A stretch of 64,000 bases of DNA from Squalus acanthias. Its lineage: Eukaryota. The DNA lies in assembly GCA_030390025.1 (NCBI GenBank), contig JASTWF010000088.1:868001-932000 (forward strand), written 5' to 3'. The notes beneath the pieces are model-generated. The model was not told the DNA's origin. It made no database searches and saw only the letters and a program-made list of their open reading frames with translations. Of the stretch, positions 49,330 through 61,459 are shown piece by piece (within the stretch, counting starts at the first letter, position 1; the number at the start of each line of letters is the position of its first letter). Both the position numbers and the translations under genes were made by a program.

Positions 49330-51865
49330 AGTCTCTTTGCAAGCAAAGTTATGAAGGACAGCAACCAAAGTACCAGCGAAGTTAGGATCAGTAGGCAAAA
49401 CTACCTCACAAAGCGTTGACTCAATGCAGAAGTCTCACTTTCTCTCTCTCCGAATCTCTCTCTCTCTCTCAGAACGAGTGGTGCAAAAATGTCAACCACA
49501 GAAAAAGACAGGAAGAGGCCCCCTTTAAATAGCGCCCCCCCCAGCCCCACAGCGATTGATAGCGTTCCAGTCTTCCGGTCGTTGGATGCGCCAGGCGGTA
49601 AGGCAGGGGGCGCCACTCAATTTCCGCTCCGGGGCGCCACAAGGGCGTTGCACCATGGAATGACGTCACAATCTGCGCGCGCAGGTGGTCGCAGCGGTAA
49701 GGTTTAGCGCCGCCGCACAATGTCTAGTTAAGTTCCCGAGCGGCGCAAACATCGCTGCGCCCGGGCGCTAGCGGCTTTGCGCCCCATTAGCGCCCTCTTA
49801 AGGCGCTAACGGGAGGCGCAACCAACTGAATTTTTACCCCTTTGTGTCTTCCTCACAGCTTACTTTCCCAGCTAGCTTTGTATTGTCAGCAAACTCGGAT
49901 ACATTGCACTCGGTCCCTTCATCTAAGTCACTAATATAGATTGTAAATAGCTGAGGCCCAAGCACTGATCCTTGCGTCACCTCATGAGTTACTGCCAACT
50001 GGAAATTGACCTGTTTAACCCTACTCTCTGTTTTCTGTCCATTAAGCAATCCTCTATCCATGCTAATATATTATCCCCAACCCCATGAGCCCTTATCTTG
50101 TAGAGCAACCTCTTATATGGCGCCTTATCAAATGCCTTTTGGAAATCCAAATATACTACATCCACTGGTTTCACTTTATCTACCCTGTTAGTTACATCCT
50201 CAAAAAACTCTAATAAATTTGTTAAACATGATTTCCCTTTCATCAAACCATGTTGACTCTGCCTAATCATATTATTATGTTTTTGTAAGTGCCCTGTTGC
50301 CACTTCCTTAATAATGGATTCCAGTATTTTCCCAATGACTGATGTTAGGCTAACTGGCCTGTAGTTCCCTGCGTTCTCTCGCCCTCCTTTCTTGACTAGC
50401 AGGGATACATTTGCTACCTTCCAATCTGCTGGGATTGTTCTAGAATTTTGGAAGATCACAACCAATGCATCCACTATCTCTGCAGCCACCTCTTTTAGAA
50501 CCCTAGGATGTAGGCCATCAGGTCCAAGGGATTTGTCAACTTTTAGTCCCATTAGTTTCTCAAGTACTTTTTCTCTATTGATATTAATTACTTTAAGTTC
50601 TTTACTCTCAATAGCCCCTTGGTTCCCTGCTATTTTTGGTATGCTGTTGCGTCTTCTTCTGTGAAAACAGCTGCAAAATATTTGTTTAATGTCTCAGCTA
50701 TTTCCTTATCCCCCATTATAATATTTCCTGTCTCAGCCTCTAAGGGACCAATGTTTACTTTTGCTACTCTTTTTTACATACTTGTAGAAGTTCTTACAAT
50801 CTTTTTTTTATGTTTTTTGCTAGTTTACTCTCATTCTATTTTCTCCCTTTTTATCAATTTTTTTGGTCATCCTTTGCTGGTTTCTAAAGCTCTCCCAATC
50901 ATCAGGCTTACTATTATTCTTCGCAACATTATAAGCCTCTTTTAATCTAATACTATCCTTAACTTCTTTAGTTAGCCATGGATGGATCACTTTTCCCATG
51001 GAGTTTTTATTTTTCAATGGAATGTATATTCGTTGAGAATTTTGGAATATTTCTCTACCCTTCCTTATATATATCCCGTATCGACTTTCTCACACAGCAT
51101 AATTCAATGATCAGCAACATTTGCACTGTGTGTTTTTGTGAGGTTCTAGTTCTGTGGATTATTTTTTTTATTCGTTCATGGGATGTGGGTGTCGCTGGCA
51201 AGGCCAGCATTTATTGCCCATCCCTAATTTCCCTTGAGAAGGTGGTGGTGAACCGCCTTCTTGAATTGCTGCAATCCCTGTGTGGGGCGTACGAGAGCAT
51301 GGGCCTTACACTAAACACCCGTAAGACAAAGGTCTTCTACCTGTGGTTCCTTTCAAAGTACAACACTCCATGTCTGGTGCAATCCACGTTCAGATAATGC
51401 AGATATCCCTCGTGCATCGGGCCTTCGGCGGAGTCTTCAACCACTCCTGTTGATTTATACCTGGTCACCTTCCAAGGTTGACTCCTGTTCTTTGCTGGTA
51501 GGGGTAGCGCCAATACAACCGGTATGATATCCTTGTCTCCGCCCTCATCTCGGGAGGACCAAAAAATGTCATTCCCATCTGGCGCATCGTATCGTAGTCT
51601 GTATCTATGGTTCCTTCGAACCATTTTCTCAGTTGTTCTTTGATCTTCCCCAACTCCCGCACAAATTCTTCTGTACTCTGATGCTCCCTCAGGTTGTCAT
51701 CCTCTTGTTGATTCATTGTTATCAATAATCCTTCTAGTTGTCTCCTCATAACCTCATCATGTTCCCACACGCTCTCTATATCTGTCCTGTTCATTCCTGC
51801 TAACTCTGCCGTGGCTTCTATTCCTAGCCATTCTGTCAACCCTTGCTTTCTTCGTGATTTAGGTT

Positions 51866-53680
51866 CATAGAATCATAGAATGGTTACAGCACGGAAGAAG
51901 GCCATTCGGCCCATCGAGCCTGTGCCGGCTCTCTGCAAGAGCACTTCAGCTAGTCCTACTGCCCCGCCCTTTCCCCAAAGCATTGCACATTTTTTTCCTT
52001 CAGGTACTTATCCAACTCAATTTTGAAAGCCGTGATTGAGTCTGCCTCCACCACCCTTTCAGGCAGTGCATTCCAGATCCTCACTACTCGCTGAGTAAAA
52101 AAGATTTTTCTTATGTCGCCTTTGGTTCTTTTGCCAATCACCTTAAATCTGTGTCCTCTGGTTCTCGACCCTTCTGCCAATGGGAACAGTTTCTCTCTAT
52201 CTACTCTGTCCAGGCTCTCATCAAATCTCCTCTCAACCTTCTCTGCTCTAAGGAGAACAACCCCAGCTTCTGCAGTCTATCCACATAACTGAAGTCCCTC
52301 ATCCCTGGAATCATTCTCGTAAATCTTTTCTGCACCCTCTCTAAGGCCTTCACATCCTTCCGAAAGTGCTGTGACCAGAATTGGACACAATACTCCACTT
52401 GAGGCTGAACCAGTGTTTTATAAAGGTTCTTCATAATTTCCACGCTTTTGGGGGGGGGAAATTCGGTTGGTTAACGCCTCCCGTTAGTGCCTCCAGGGGC
52501 GCTAACGGAGCGTTAGGAACTTAGCGCCCGAGCGCGGCAATTTTAGCGCCGCTCGCGAAATTGACCAGTCATTTTGCGGCGGCGCTAAACACTACTTCCA
52601 CGATCTCCTGCGCCCGCAGATTGTGACGTCAGTCGAGCGTGCAACACCCTGGTAGCGCTCCAGACCGGATATTGAGTCGCGCCCCCTGCCTTAGCGCCTG
52701 CCGCTAGGAACAACAGGTAGAGGGGAACGTTTTCAAGTCGGGAAGGGCTGGGGGAGCGCTATTTAAAGGCGGGCGCTTCCTGGTTTTTCTTGTCAGCAAA
52801 ATCTTTGGTTTGAACGCTGTCCTCAGGAGTTTTGGTCCTCAGCACCACTTTTGAGGTTCCTAAGTGCCGAGCTCTTTCCGTGGGCCTATCCATTAGTGCT
52901 TCCAACACAATTGCTTTTGAGGTCTCTCCAGGTCGAGATTGAAGGCTGCAATGAGCAGGGAGTGGCTGGCCAGCAAGATGGCCCCTCCACTTTAAGAACT
53001 GGATGGCGCCAGTCTGTCTGTCTGGCTTCCATGGTAATTGGCATCGCCTGAGCTTCGGTAGCGTTCTGAGGTAGCGCCTCGCTCCCTGACGTTTGCGCCT
53101 TGAGAGAGGTGTGTAGCACCTGATTTAACGCTCAAATCACCTCCAGGGGCGATAGAGGCGAATTTTGCAGTCGGAGGCAATAATTAGCTAAACTTTGCGC
53201 ATGGCCGATATTAGCGCCCCAAAATGGGCGATACTGAATTTTTTCCCCCAAGTACTCTATGCCTCTATTCATGAAACCCAGGATCCCTTAAGCTTTTTTA
53301 ACTGCTTTCTCAACCGGCCCTGCCACCTTCAACGATTTGTGCACATATACCCCCAAGTTCATGCACCCCCTTTAGAATTGTACCCTTTAGTTTATATTGC
53401 CTCTCCTCATTCTTCCTAAGAAAATGTATCAATTCACACTTTTCTGTGTTAAATTTCATCTGCCATATGTCCGCCCATTCCACCAGCCTGTCTATGTCCT
53501 CTTGAAATCTATCACTATCCTCCTCACTGTTCACTATACTTCCAAGTTTTGTGTCATCTGCAAACTTTGATATTGTGCCCTGTACACCCACGTCCAAGTC
53601 ATAAATATATATCAAGAAAAGCAGTGGTCCTAGCACCAACCCCTGGGGAACACCACTGTATATCTTCCTCCAGTCCGGCT
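51866..53680 (-). mobile_element. CR1 LINE 3' fragment inserted in the env-like region
   Basis: CATAGAAT tail; ORFs 52201-52443 and 53310-53702 (GVPQG, FADDTK). Confidence 0.87.
52450..53249. mobile_element. Diverged internal-deletion derivative of the Harbinger family (~800 bp)
   Basis: G-run/AAATT TIRs; left part resembles 22678-23020 and right part resembles 26550-26885; TSD not resolved. Confidence 0.8.
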
Positions 53681-55450
53681 GATTCATCTTATTTGTCCCC
53701 ATCCTTCTCAGCCCTCGGCTCCTGTTTCCTATTCTTTCTTTCCTAACAATTCCTTTACTAATTCTCCAAGCATTTCATCTGTAAACTGTGAATTCTACAA
53801 ATCAACTGTACTCCAAATCCTCCTTCCACCTTTACTACATAATTTTCTTCCTGCCCATTATAAATGTAGCATTCGCCTTCTCATTACCCTCCCATCTTAT
53901 TAATGCTGTTACACAGCATGGCATATTCCTTGAGCCCCCATTTTTACGCTGACACACATGTCCCATTCTTTTGTAGCAGACATTTAGTTCCGTTTTGATG
54001 TGACTCTTCATTGACGTCTTCCTTCAGCCAGTTTCCTGTTTCCGTTTCCACCGTATGGAATGTGACATCCTTGGAGTCTGGACAGGCGCATTCAAGACAC
54101 ACCCCCTGGTCTTGCCGACTAAGCGGACCTGTGGTGTGTAATGGCACGGTGTAGTTCCTGAACCGTCAGTGTCTGTAAAGCTGAACGTCTCTCTCCCTCT
54201 ATAGTAATAGTACAATCATTCTGGGACTCGCCTTTAGCATTCATTCCGTATACACTCCCGGACAGGAACAGTAGCAGGATGTACAACATCTTTGTCACTC
54301 CTTCACCTGCAGACACAAGACCAAATGTGTAACATTTAGTCTTTATTCAACATCTGCACCATTCTTTTTATAGGGTTTATACTGATCCCCATGATACCAC
54401 ATGTATTGTATCCTCTTTTCTCGTTTCTGGATGGCCAATTTAATGTTGGATTCTCCCAGTTTGTCCATGATTTCATACGGGCCTTCCCAGGCCCTCCCAC
54501 CCCTTAAAACTTTTTAACATCACTTGATCACCAATTGAGTAGGTGATACGACGAGTAAGGTGGTTATCCTTGGTGGTGTTAAGATGGGTAGCACCCATCT
54601 TCTGCGCTGCATGGTGCAGAGTAGAATCTAAGGATTGTTGGAGGTTCTGTTCATGGGTCTGAGGAGTAGCAATAGGGAGTGGTTCCCCCGTCAGGTGCAT
54701 TTGCATCTGTGGGCCTGTCGTAAGTTTAAATGGGCTTTGAGCCATAGAGCTCACTGGTGTAGCGCATATGGCCATACACTATGATAATTGAAACGTAATG
54801 TTGCCAATTTCCTATTGGAGGAGAATGGTCATCTCCGCCGAGGGGCCTCATCCTCCTACCCCACACAGCTGCAGGCCGTGCCCGCCAGAGGGGAAATCTT
54901 CATGGTAAGTGATGGAACAGGAAGTCCCAGTGTCCACTTAGTTGTCTTGGCGGCCTCTTGCCAAGACTGGAATACAAGGTCTAAACGCCTCATCACATTG
55001 GAGCTGGCTCACCACAGCTATTGAGGCCCATCCCCGTCAATCCTTCTTAAAAGAATTTTTGGGGTCTGTGGCTTTACCAGAATTGCTTATTTCTACCATC
55101 TTCTATAGAGCCTGAAAGGCTTCTAAATATACATTCTGCTCATCTGGGAGAGGCAGGAATGAGCCTCCCTGTTCCCTTATCTGCTTGGGTCCCTGCTTGT
55201 AGGCTCCTCATCCCCTAGCCCAAGACTGTCCTCTAACGTGTCCTGACTTGCCACAGTTACAGCAAGGTCTCTTACTCCCCCACCCCTTTTTGCTTCTTCA
55301 TAGGTCACAGTTGCTACCGCCATTTCATCTTTGGAATTACTGGGGGTCTCTGATCGAGTTGGGATTCGTACCAAGCTAGGAGGGCCGTTTGGATGTCCCT
55401 TCCTATTCCTGCCCGTGGATTAGCTGCCGCTAATTCCATGGTGTACTGAC

Positions 55451-55525
55451 GAAGCATATGCTCACCGGCAGGACTGAAGCATATGCTCACCGGCAGGACT
55501 GAAGCATATGCTCATCGGCAGGACT
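55451..55525 (+). repeat. 25-bp tandem repeat x3 (GAAGCATATGCTCACCGGCAGGACT)
   Basis: Direct inspection; disrupts the gag-like frame. Confidence 0.85.
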
Positions 55526-56955
55526 GAGGAGGGCCTTGTACCTGCTAAGCACCAAGGTCCAAAAAGTGGGATCATTCCAGGTTAACTCCACTTGTTCATA
55601 GCCCCCACGATTTTGATTATACACCTCCACGAAGGCTCTCGGATATTGAGTTGGGTGCTCGTCCCTGGGTTTATGATCCATTATTTTTCCCGTATCTGCC
55701 ACCACCCTATATCCCACAGCTTCACACACCACATCGTCGCGCACATCATGGTTTGGGAATTCTTGTCCCTCTCTAAACCGCTTGGGCGGTGTCAAGCCTG
55801 GAGGTAAGACAGCCTGTAGCAATCGACAACCATCCTTGTTTGCCAATGCTTCTGCCAGCTGTAGCGATCGTATTTTATTTAATAGCTGGGTTGCGTCTGC
55901 TACCCCATCAGATTTAGGCAGTTGGCCACTAAGTTGGCATAATTCCGAGAGAGTTAGGTCCCTACTAACTTGTTGATCCGCATATGTATATTCCATTCGA
56001 CCCTTCCCATGTGTGTGCAGGCGTTTGGTTACTACGGGGGCCACTAAGCGCCCATCTGTACTGCTACCTGCCGCATGGGACCGAGTGTAACTGGCTATAC
56101 TATCTACTGCTAACGATGTACGAGGGAGACTGACTTAAACTGTCGTCGTCCTCCTTGCCACCTCAGTTAACTGCCCGTGGTGAGGAACCGGGAATTAGAG
56201 TGCCGACGGGAGGGCTGGATCATCCTTGCCATCGTCACTATTGGATTTCTCCTCGCAAGTGCCGAAGGACAAGGCAGTCACTCGAACCCTTAATTCTTGA
56301 ATTTTTTTTTCTTGTCCTCCTCCCTTCCACATCTTTCCTCCCTCAATTTCCTTATCATGCATAAGGCTATCACTAACACTACTAGCTGAGCAGCTACCAG
56401 CCCCATCTGGAACAGCATTGCCCATACCCTCCACGGGGGTACTCCTTTATCATCTTTATCCATTTTTACAGCTGCTTTACCTTTGGCCCTCTCCTTCTTG
56501 GACTTGGCCTTTATTGGAGGTGATCAGCCTCCAATATTTCCTCCCTTGCAACAACCTCCCCCTTCTATGATACCTATAGAGATAGAGGACTGTATAACTG
56601 GCACAGTGGTTTCCCGGGCACTGTCACGTTAAAACATCGTACAATTTGATGTCTGCTGTACTCATTAACAAATTGAATACTACTCTCACGTGTATGTGTT
56701 CTTTATCCTGTGTCTTGCGGCGTAGTTTGTCGCTGTGGGTCGTTGACGCTCATCTGGATCGAGTTCTTGATGGTTCAGATTTGGCTTCAGACCGGTGTCG
56801 ACCGTCCCTGGTTTTCAAAAAGCCACGAGTTCAGGTCGGCACTAGCTTGCCAATGTTGAATTTTTAAAAACTGTGTGTCGTTCACTTTAGTAGTAACAAA
56901 GTCAGCTTTTGGTTCTGGTCCCAACACACCTATTCTTGCTTCAGCGCACACAGTA

Positions 56956-57317
56956 CAGGAAACTCTTTATTAACTGGCACCGATGGGACCGGCGTGGTGC
57001 CGGTTAATCAAAAAGTCCGGATAACAGAGAGTTATATCTCCCAACGTACGAGAGCCCCGTACACATTGACATGCGCCTGCATTCGGAGCTCCGTCTCCCC
57101 GGGGACCGCCAGCTGACCATCTGTCGTGTCCGCTGCCTACCCGGGCTGCACATTCCCCTCCCAATCTACACGCTCTGATACAAGGCAAATGCCTCGGGGT
57201 TTTTTTAAGTTAATTTTAAACGAGAGATGAAGGAAAACCCCGGTTACCTACTCAAGAATTTTGCCGGTTAAGAGAGATTTCCGGTTATTTGGGTGCCGGT
57301 TAAAAGAGAGTTTCCTG
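56956..57317. mobile_element. Tc1/mariner (Tigger/pogo-like) MITE, 362 bp
   Basis: TA-CAGGAAACTCT...AGAGTTTCCTG-TA; the empty site CAGTAGTTAC is present in the related LTR at ~40130. Confidence 0.85.
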
Positions 57318-57784
57318 TAGTTACACAGACAGAGTACATTTACATGTAGGTATGCGCCCCTTACATTGTACCATTTATTGTTCGTGGACATGTTATTTAT
57401 ACATTCCCAATGTGGGTGTTGAGGAAAATCCTTTGTTTCCTATTGGTCCGTTTTTATTGCTACAGCACCTTGTATGGCACTCTCCCTTTAGTGATTTCCC
57501 TTCATGTCCAGACTTGCCTGGGGGAAGGGATGTGGAGTTAGAATACAGATCACCCATGATCTCATTGAATGGCGGAACAGACTCGAGGGGCTGAATGGCC
57601 TACTTCTGTTCCTATTGTCTCAAAGTTTCCCCACCCTTCCTTTGACTACCCTTTTACTACTTGTATGTTTATAAAAGAGTTTGGGGTTCCCTTTTATGTT
57701 ACCCACTCATATTTTCTCATACACTCTCTTTTTTGCCCCTTATTTCTGCACTTTCTGTATTCTGCTTGGTTCTCTACTGTATTA

Positions 57785-58184
57785 CAGGAAACTCTTTGGT
57801 ATCCGGCACCGACGGGACCGGCGTGGTGCCAGTTGATCAAAAGTTCTGGATAACGGAGAGTTATATCTACCGAGGCTATTTTTAACAAACAAAAATCAGA
57901 CTCCTGTTACTGCCGTGTTCGGACTTCCGACAGCGCCAGGAGGCCGAGTAGTGGCACTTTGGAGAACTACCCCCACTGACTAACTCGGCGCTCGCGGGAG
58001 ACTCAGACTCGGCAACATTGCCGGTTATTTGAGAGGAGTTTTCGGAGTACTCGCCGTTCGCGGGAGACTCGGACTCAGACTCGGCAACATTGCCGGTTAT
58101 TTGAGAGGAGTTTTCGGAGTATGATTTTTGCCGGTTAAGAGAGAATTCCGGATATTTAGGTGCCGGTTAAACAAGTGTTTCCTG
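57785..58184. mobile_element. Tigger/pogo-like MITE of the same family, 400 bp
   Basis: TA-CAGGAAAC...GTTTCCTG-TA; shared GGCACCGAYGGGACCGGCGTGGTGCC; internal direct duplication. Confidence 0.82.
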
Positions 58185-58507
58185 TATATCTGACATTTAT
58201 CAAAAGCTTCCTTTTTCTGTTTCATTTTAATCTCTATATCTTTAGTCATCCAGGGAGCTCTAGCTTTGGATGCCCTTCCTTTTCCTCTCATGGGAATGTG
58301 TCCAGTCTATACCTGAACGATCTCCTCTTTTGAAGGCCTCCCATTGCTCATTTACTGTTTTACCAGCCAATCTTTGACTCCAATCCACCTGGGCCAGATC
58401 CCTTTTCAACTCCCTGAAATTAGCCCTCCTCCAGTTGAGTATTTTCATACTTGATCGTTCCTTGTCCTTTTCCATAACTACTCTAAACCTGATGATTTTG
58501 TAATCAC

Positions 58508-58922
58508 CAAAGCAAAATACTGCGGATGCTGGAAATCTGAAATAAAAACAGAAAATGCTGGAAATACTCAGCAGGGCAGGCAGCACCTGTGGAGAGAGAA
58601 ACAGAGTTAATGTTTCAGGTCGATGACCCTTCGTCAGAACTGGACAAAGTTAGAGATGGAACAGGCTTTAGGGAGGGAAAGGGGGGAGGGGAGGAAAGAA
58701 CAAAAGGGAAGGTCTGTGAAGGAGTGATTAAATGACAAAAGGCATCATGGTGAAAGACAAAAGGAGATGGTAATGGGACGAGTAAATAAACAAAAGATGT
58801 GTCTAGAGGAGGTGTAAATGGGAATAGCAGAATCATTACCAACAGCTGCTGTCTGGAAAAATGGGGGCGGTGGTTATGATCTGAAATTGTTGAACTCAGT
58901 ATTGAGTCCAGAAGGCTGTAAA
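58508..58922 (-). mobile_element. Penelope-like element 3' region with hammerhead-like motif
   Basis: Minus strand CAGTT-CTGACGA-AGGGTCATCGACCT-GAAA-CATTAACT at ~58604-58642. Confidence 0.6.
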
Positions 58923-61132
58923 GTGAGGGACAGCAACACGGGGCTGGAGAGTGGAGAGAGAGAGCATGGGGAGAACTAAGGGACAGGGAAACATGAGGCT
59001 GGAGAGTGAAGAGACACGGACTGACCATGGGGTACTGAGCGTTAGGGTCATGAGGCTGGAGAGTGGAGAGTCACAGACTGACCATGGGGTACTGAGCGTT
59101 AGGGTCATGGGGCTGGAGAGTGAAGAGGGAGAGAGGAACATAGCAGCAGAAGAAGGCTATTCAGCCCCTTGAGCCTGTTCCGCCAGCCAATTAGATCATG
59201 GCTGATCTGTGCCTCGACTCCATTTAAGAACGTAAGAGCAGGAGTGGGCCATACGGCCCCTCGAGCCTGCTCCTCCATTTAATAAGATCATGGCTGATCA
59301 TCGACCTCAACTCCACTTTCCCGCCCGATCTCCATATCCCTTGATTCCCCTAGAGTCCAAAAATCTATCGATCTCAGCCTTGAATATACTCAAAGATTCA
59401 GCATTCACAGCTCTCTGGGGCAGAGAATTCCAAAGATTCGCAAAGAAAGTCCTGCTCATCTCAGTCTTAAATGGCCTACCCCTTATCCTGAGACTATGCC
59501 CCCAAGTTCTAGACACTCCAGCCAGGGGAAACAACCTCTCAGCGTCTACCCCGTCAATCCCCTTCAGAATCTTGTATGTTTCAATGAGATCACCTCTCAT
59601 TCTTCTAAACTCCAGAGAGTATAGGCCCATTCTACACAATCTCTCATCATAGGACAGCCCTCTCCTCCCAGGAATCAATCTAGTGAACCTTCGTTGTACT
59701 GCCTCCAAGGCAAGTATATCCTTCCTTGGATAAGGAGACCAAAACTGTGCACAGTACTCCAGGTGTGGTCTCACCAAGGCCCTGTACAATTGCAGCAAGA
59801 CTTCCTTACTCTTATACTCCAACCCCCTTGCAATAAAGGCCAACATGCCATTTGCCTTCCTTATTGCTTGCTGTACCTGCATGCTAGCTTTCTGTGTTTC
59901 TTGCACAAGGTCACCCAAATCTCTCTGAACACCAACATTTGAAAGTTTCTCACCATTTAAAAAATATGCTGTTTTTCTATTCTTCCTACCAAAGTGAATA
60001 ACCTCACATTTCCCTACATTATACTCCATCTGCCACCTTACTGCCCACTCACTTAGTCTATCTATATCCCTTTACAGACACTTTGTGTTCTCCTCACAGC
60101 TTACTGTCCCACCTAGCATTGTATCATCAGCAAACTTGGATACATTACATTTGGTCCCTTCATCTCGGTCATTAATATAGATTGTAAATAGCTGAGGCCC
60201 CAACACTGATCCTTGTGGCACCCCACTAGTTACAGCCTACCTACCTGAAAAAGATCCGTTTATCCCTCCTCTGTTTTCTGTCCGTTAACCAATCCTCTAT
60301 CCATGCTACCATATTACCCCGAACCCCATGAGCCCTAATCTTGTGTAATAACCTTTTATGTGGCACCTTATGAAATGCCTTTTGGAAATCCAAATATACT
60401 ACATCCACTGGTTCCCCTTTATCTACCCTGCTAGTTACATCCTCAAAAAACTCTAATAAATTTGTCAAACACGATTTCCCTTTCATAAAACCATGTTGAC
60501 TCTGCCTAATTATGTTATGATTTTCTAAGTGACTTGATACCACTTCCTTAGCAATGGATTCCAGCATTTTCCCGACGACTGATGTCAGGCTAACTGGCCT
60601 GTAGTTCCCTTTTTTTTCTCTTATTAATTTAGACCCTAGCTCCTCAAACTCCCTCAGCAGAACCTCATTCTTAGTTCTACTTATGTCGTTGGTTCCTACA
60701 TGGACCATGACAACTGGATCCTCCCCCTCCCACTCCAAGTTCTTCTCCAGCCACGAGGAGATATCCTTAACCCTGGCACCAGGCAGGCAACACAGCCTTC
60801 AGGGACCCTCTTTCGCGGCTGCAGAGAACAGTATCTATCCCCCTGACTGTACTGTCCCCTACTGCTACCACATTCCTTCCTTCTCCCTCTTGCTTGGATG
60901 GTCCCCTGTACCACGATGCCATAGTCAGTTTTCCCATCCTCCCTGCAGTTGCGACACACCACTTGCCCTGTCATCTCCAACCTTGTTTTATTTATTAATT
61001 AATTAGTTAAAGATTTTATTCAATTGATATTTCAGGTTTATTGTTTGATTATTTTATTTAGTTTGTGATTAATTTAATAAGTATTAGCAAGTTAGTTTCT
61101 CAGCTCTTAATTTAACCCCCTTCCCTAACTTA

Positions 61133-61345
61133 AATGAGAAGTCGCACAACACCAGGTTATAGTCCAACAGTTTTATTTGAAATCACAAGCTTTCGGAGCT
61201 GCTGCTCCTTCGTCGGGTGAAGTGACGAAGGAGCAGCAGCTCCGAAAGCTTGTGATTTCAAATAAAACTGTTGGACTATAACCTGGTGTTGTGCGACTTC
61301 TCATTTTTGTCCACCCCAGTCCAACACCGGCATCTCCGCATCATG
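61133..61345. mobile_element. Penelope-like inverted pLTR pair (83-bp arm hairpin)
   Basis: Arms 61132-61214 and 61224-61306, 9-nt loop; 12-bp TSD TTCCCTAACTTA. Confidence 0.8.
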
Positions 61346-61459
61346 TTCCCTAACTTAGAGAGCAAAAAAGAGCTGTAATACTCATCAACCAATCACCTAC
61401 CTGCTTTCCTGAGACGTCACTCTTTAACGTTGTTTTTGAATCGGAGCCTCACGCTGTCA

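Larger units (their letters stand above)
45681..49840 (-). mobile_element. Autonomous-type Harbinger transposon copy 2 (4160 bp), inverted relative to copy 1
   Basis: TIRs GGGGGAAAAATT / AATTTTTACCCC, TSD TTT; collinear with and highly similar to 22678-26885. Confidence 0.95.
44814..51050 (-). mobile_element. CR1 LINE interrupted by Harbinger copy 2
   Basis: CATAAGAA tail at 44817; RT fragments on both sides (45414-45623, 49834-50552). Confidence 0.87.
51340..57780 (-). mobile_element. Decayed LTR retroelement (ERV/Gypsy-like) with gag-like, integrase C-terminal and env-like remnants, interrupted by CR1 and MITEs
   Basis: LTR from ~56857 upward, PBS-like TGGCAAGCTAG, gag-like ORF 55487-56044, integrase tail IGDQVMLK..WEGPYEI (~54400-54775), signal-peptide ORF at 54289, furin/fusion-peptide-like RRKQGLTEWLG at ~51850. 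Confidence 0.65.

Noticed and set aside
50978-51397. Hydrophobic + strand ORF as the missing class I TM exon
   Set aside because: Patchwork of CR1 antisense and LINE fragments; no class I-like TM or convincing phase-1 splice sites
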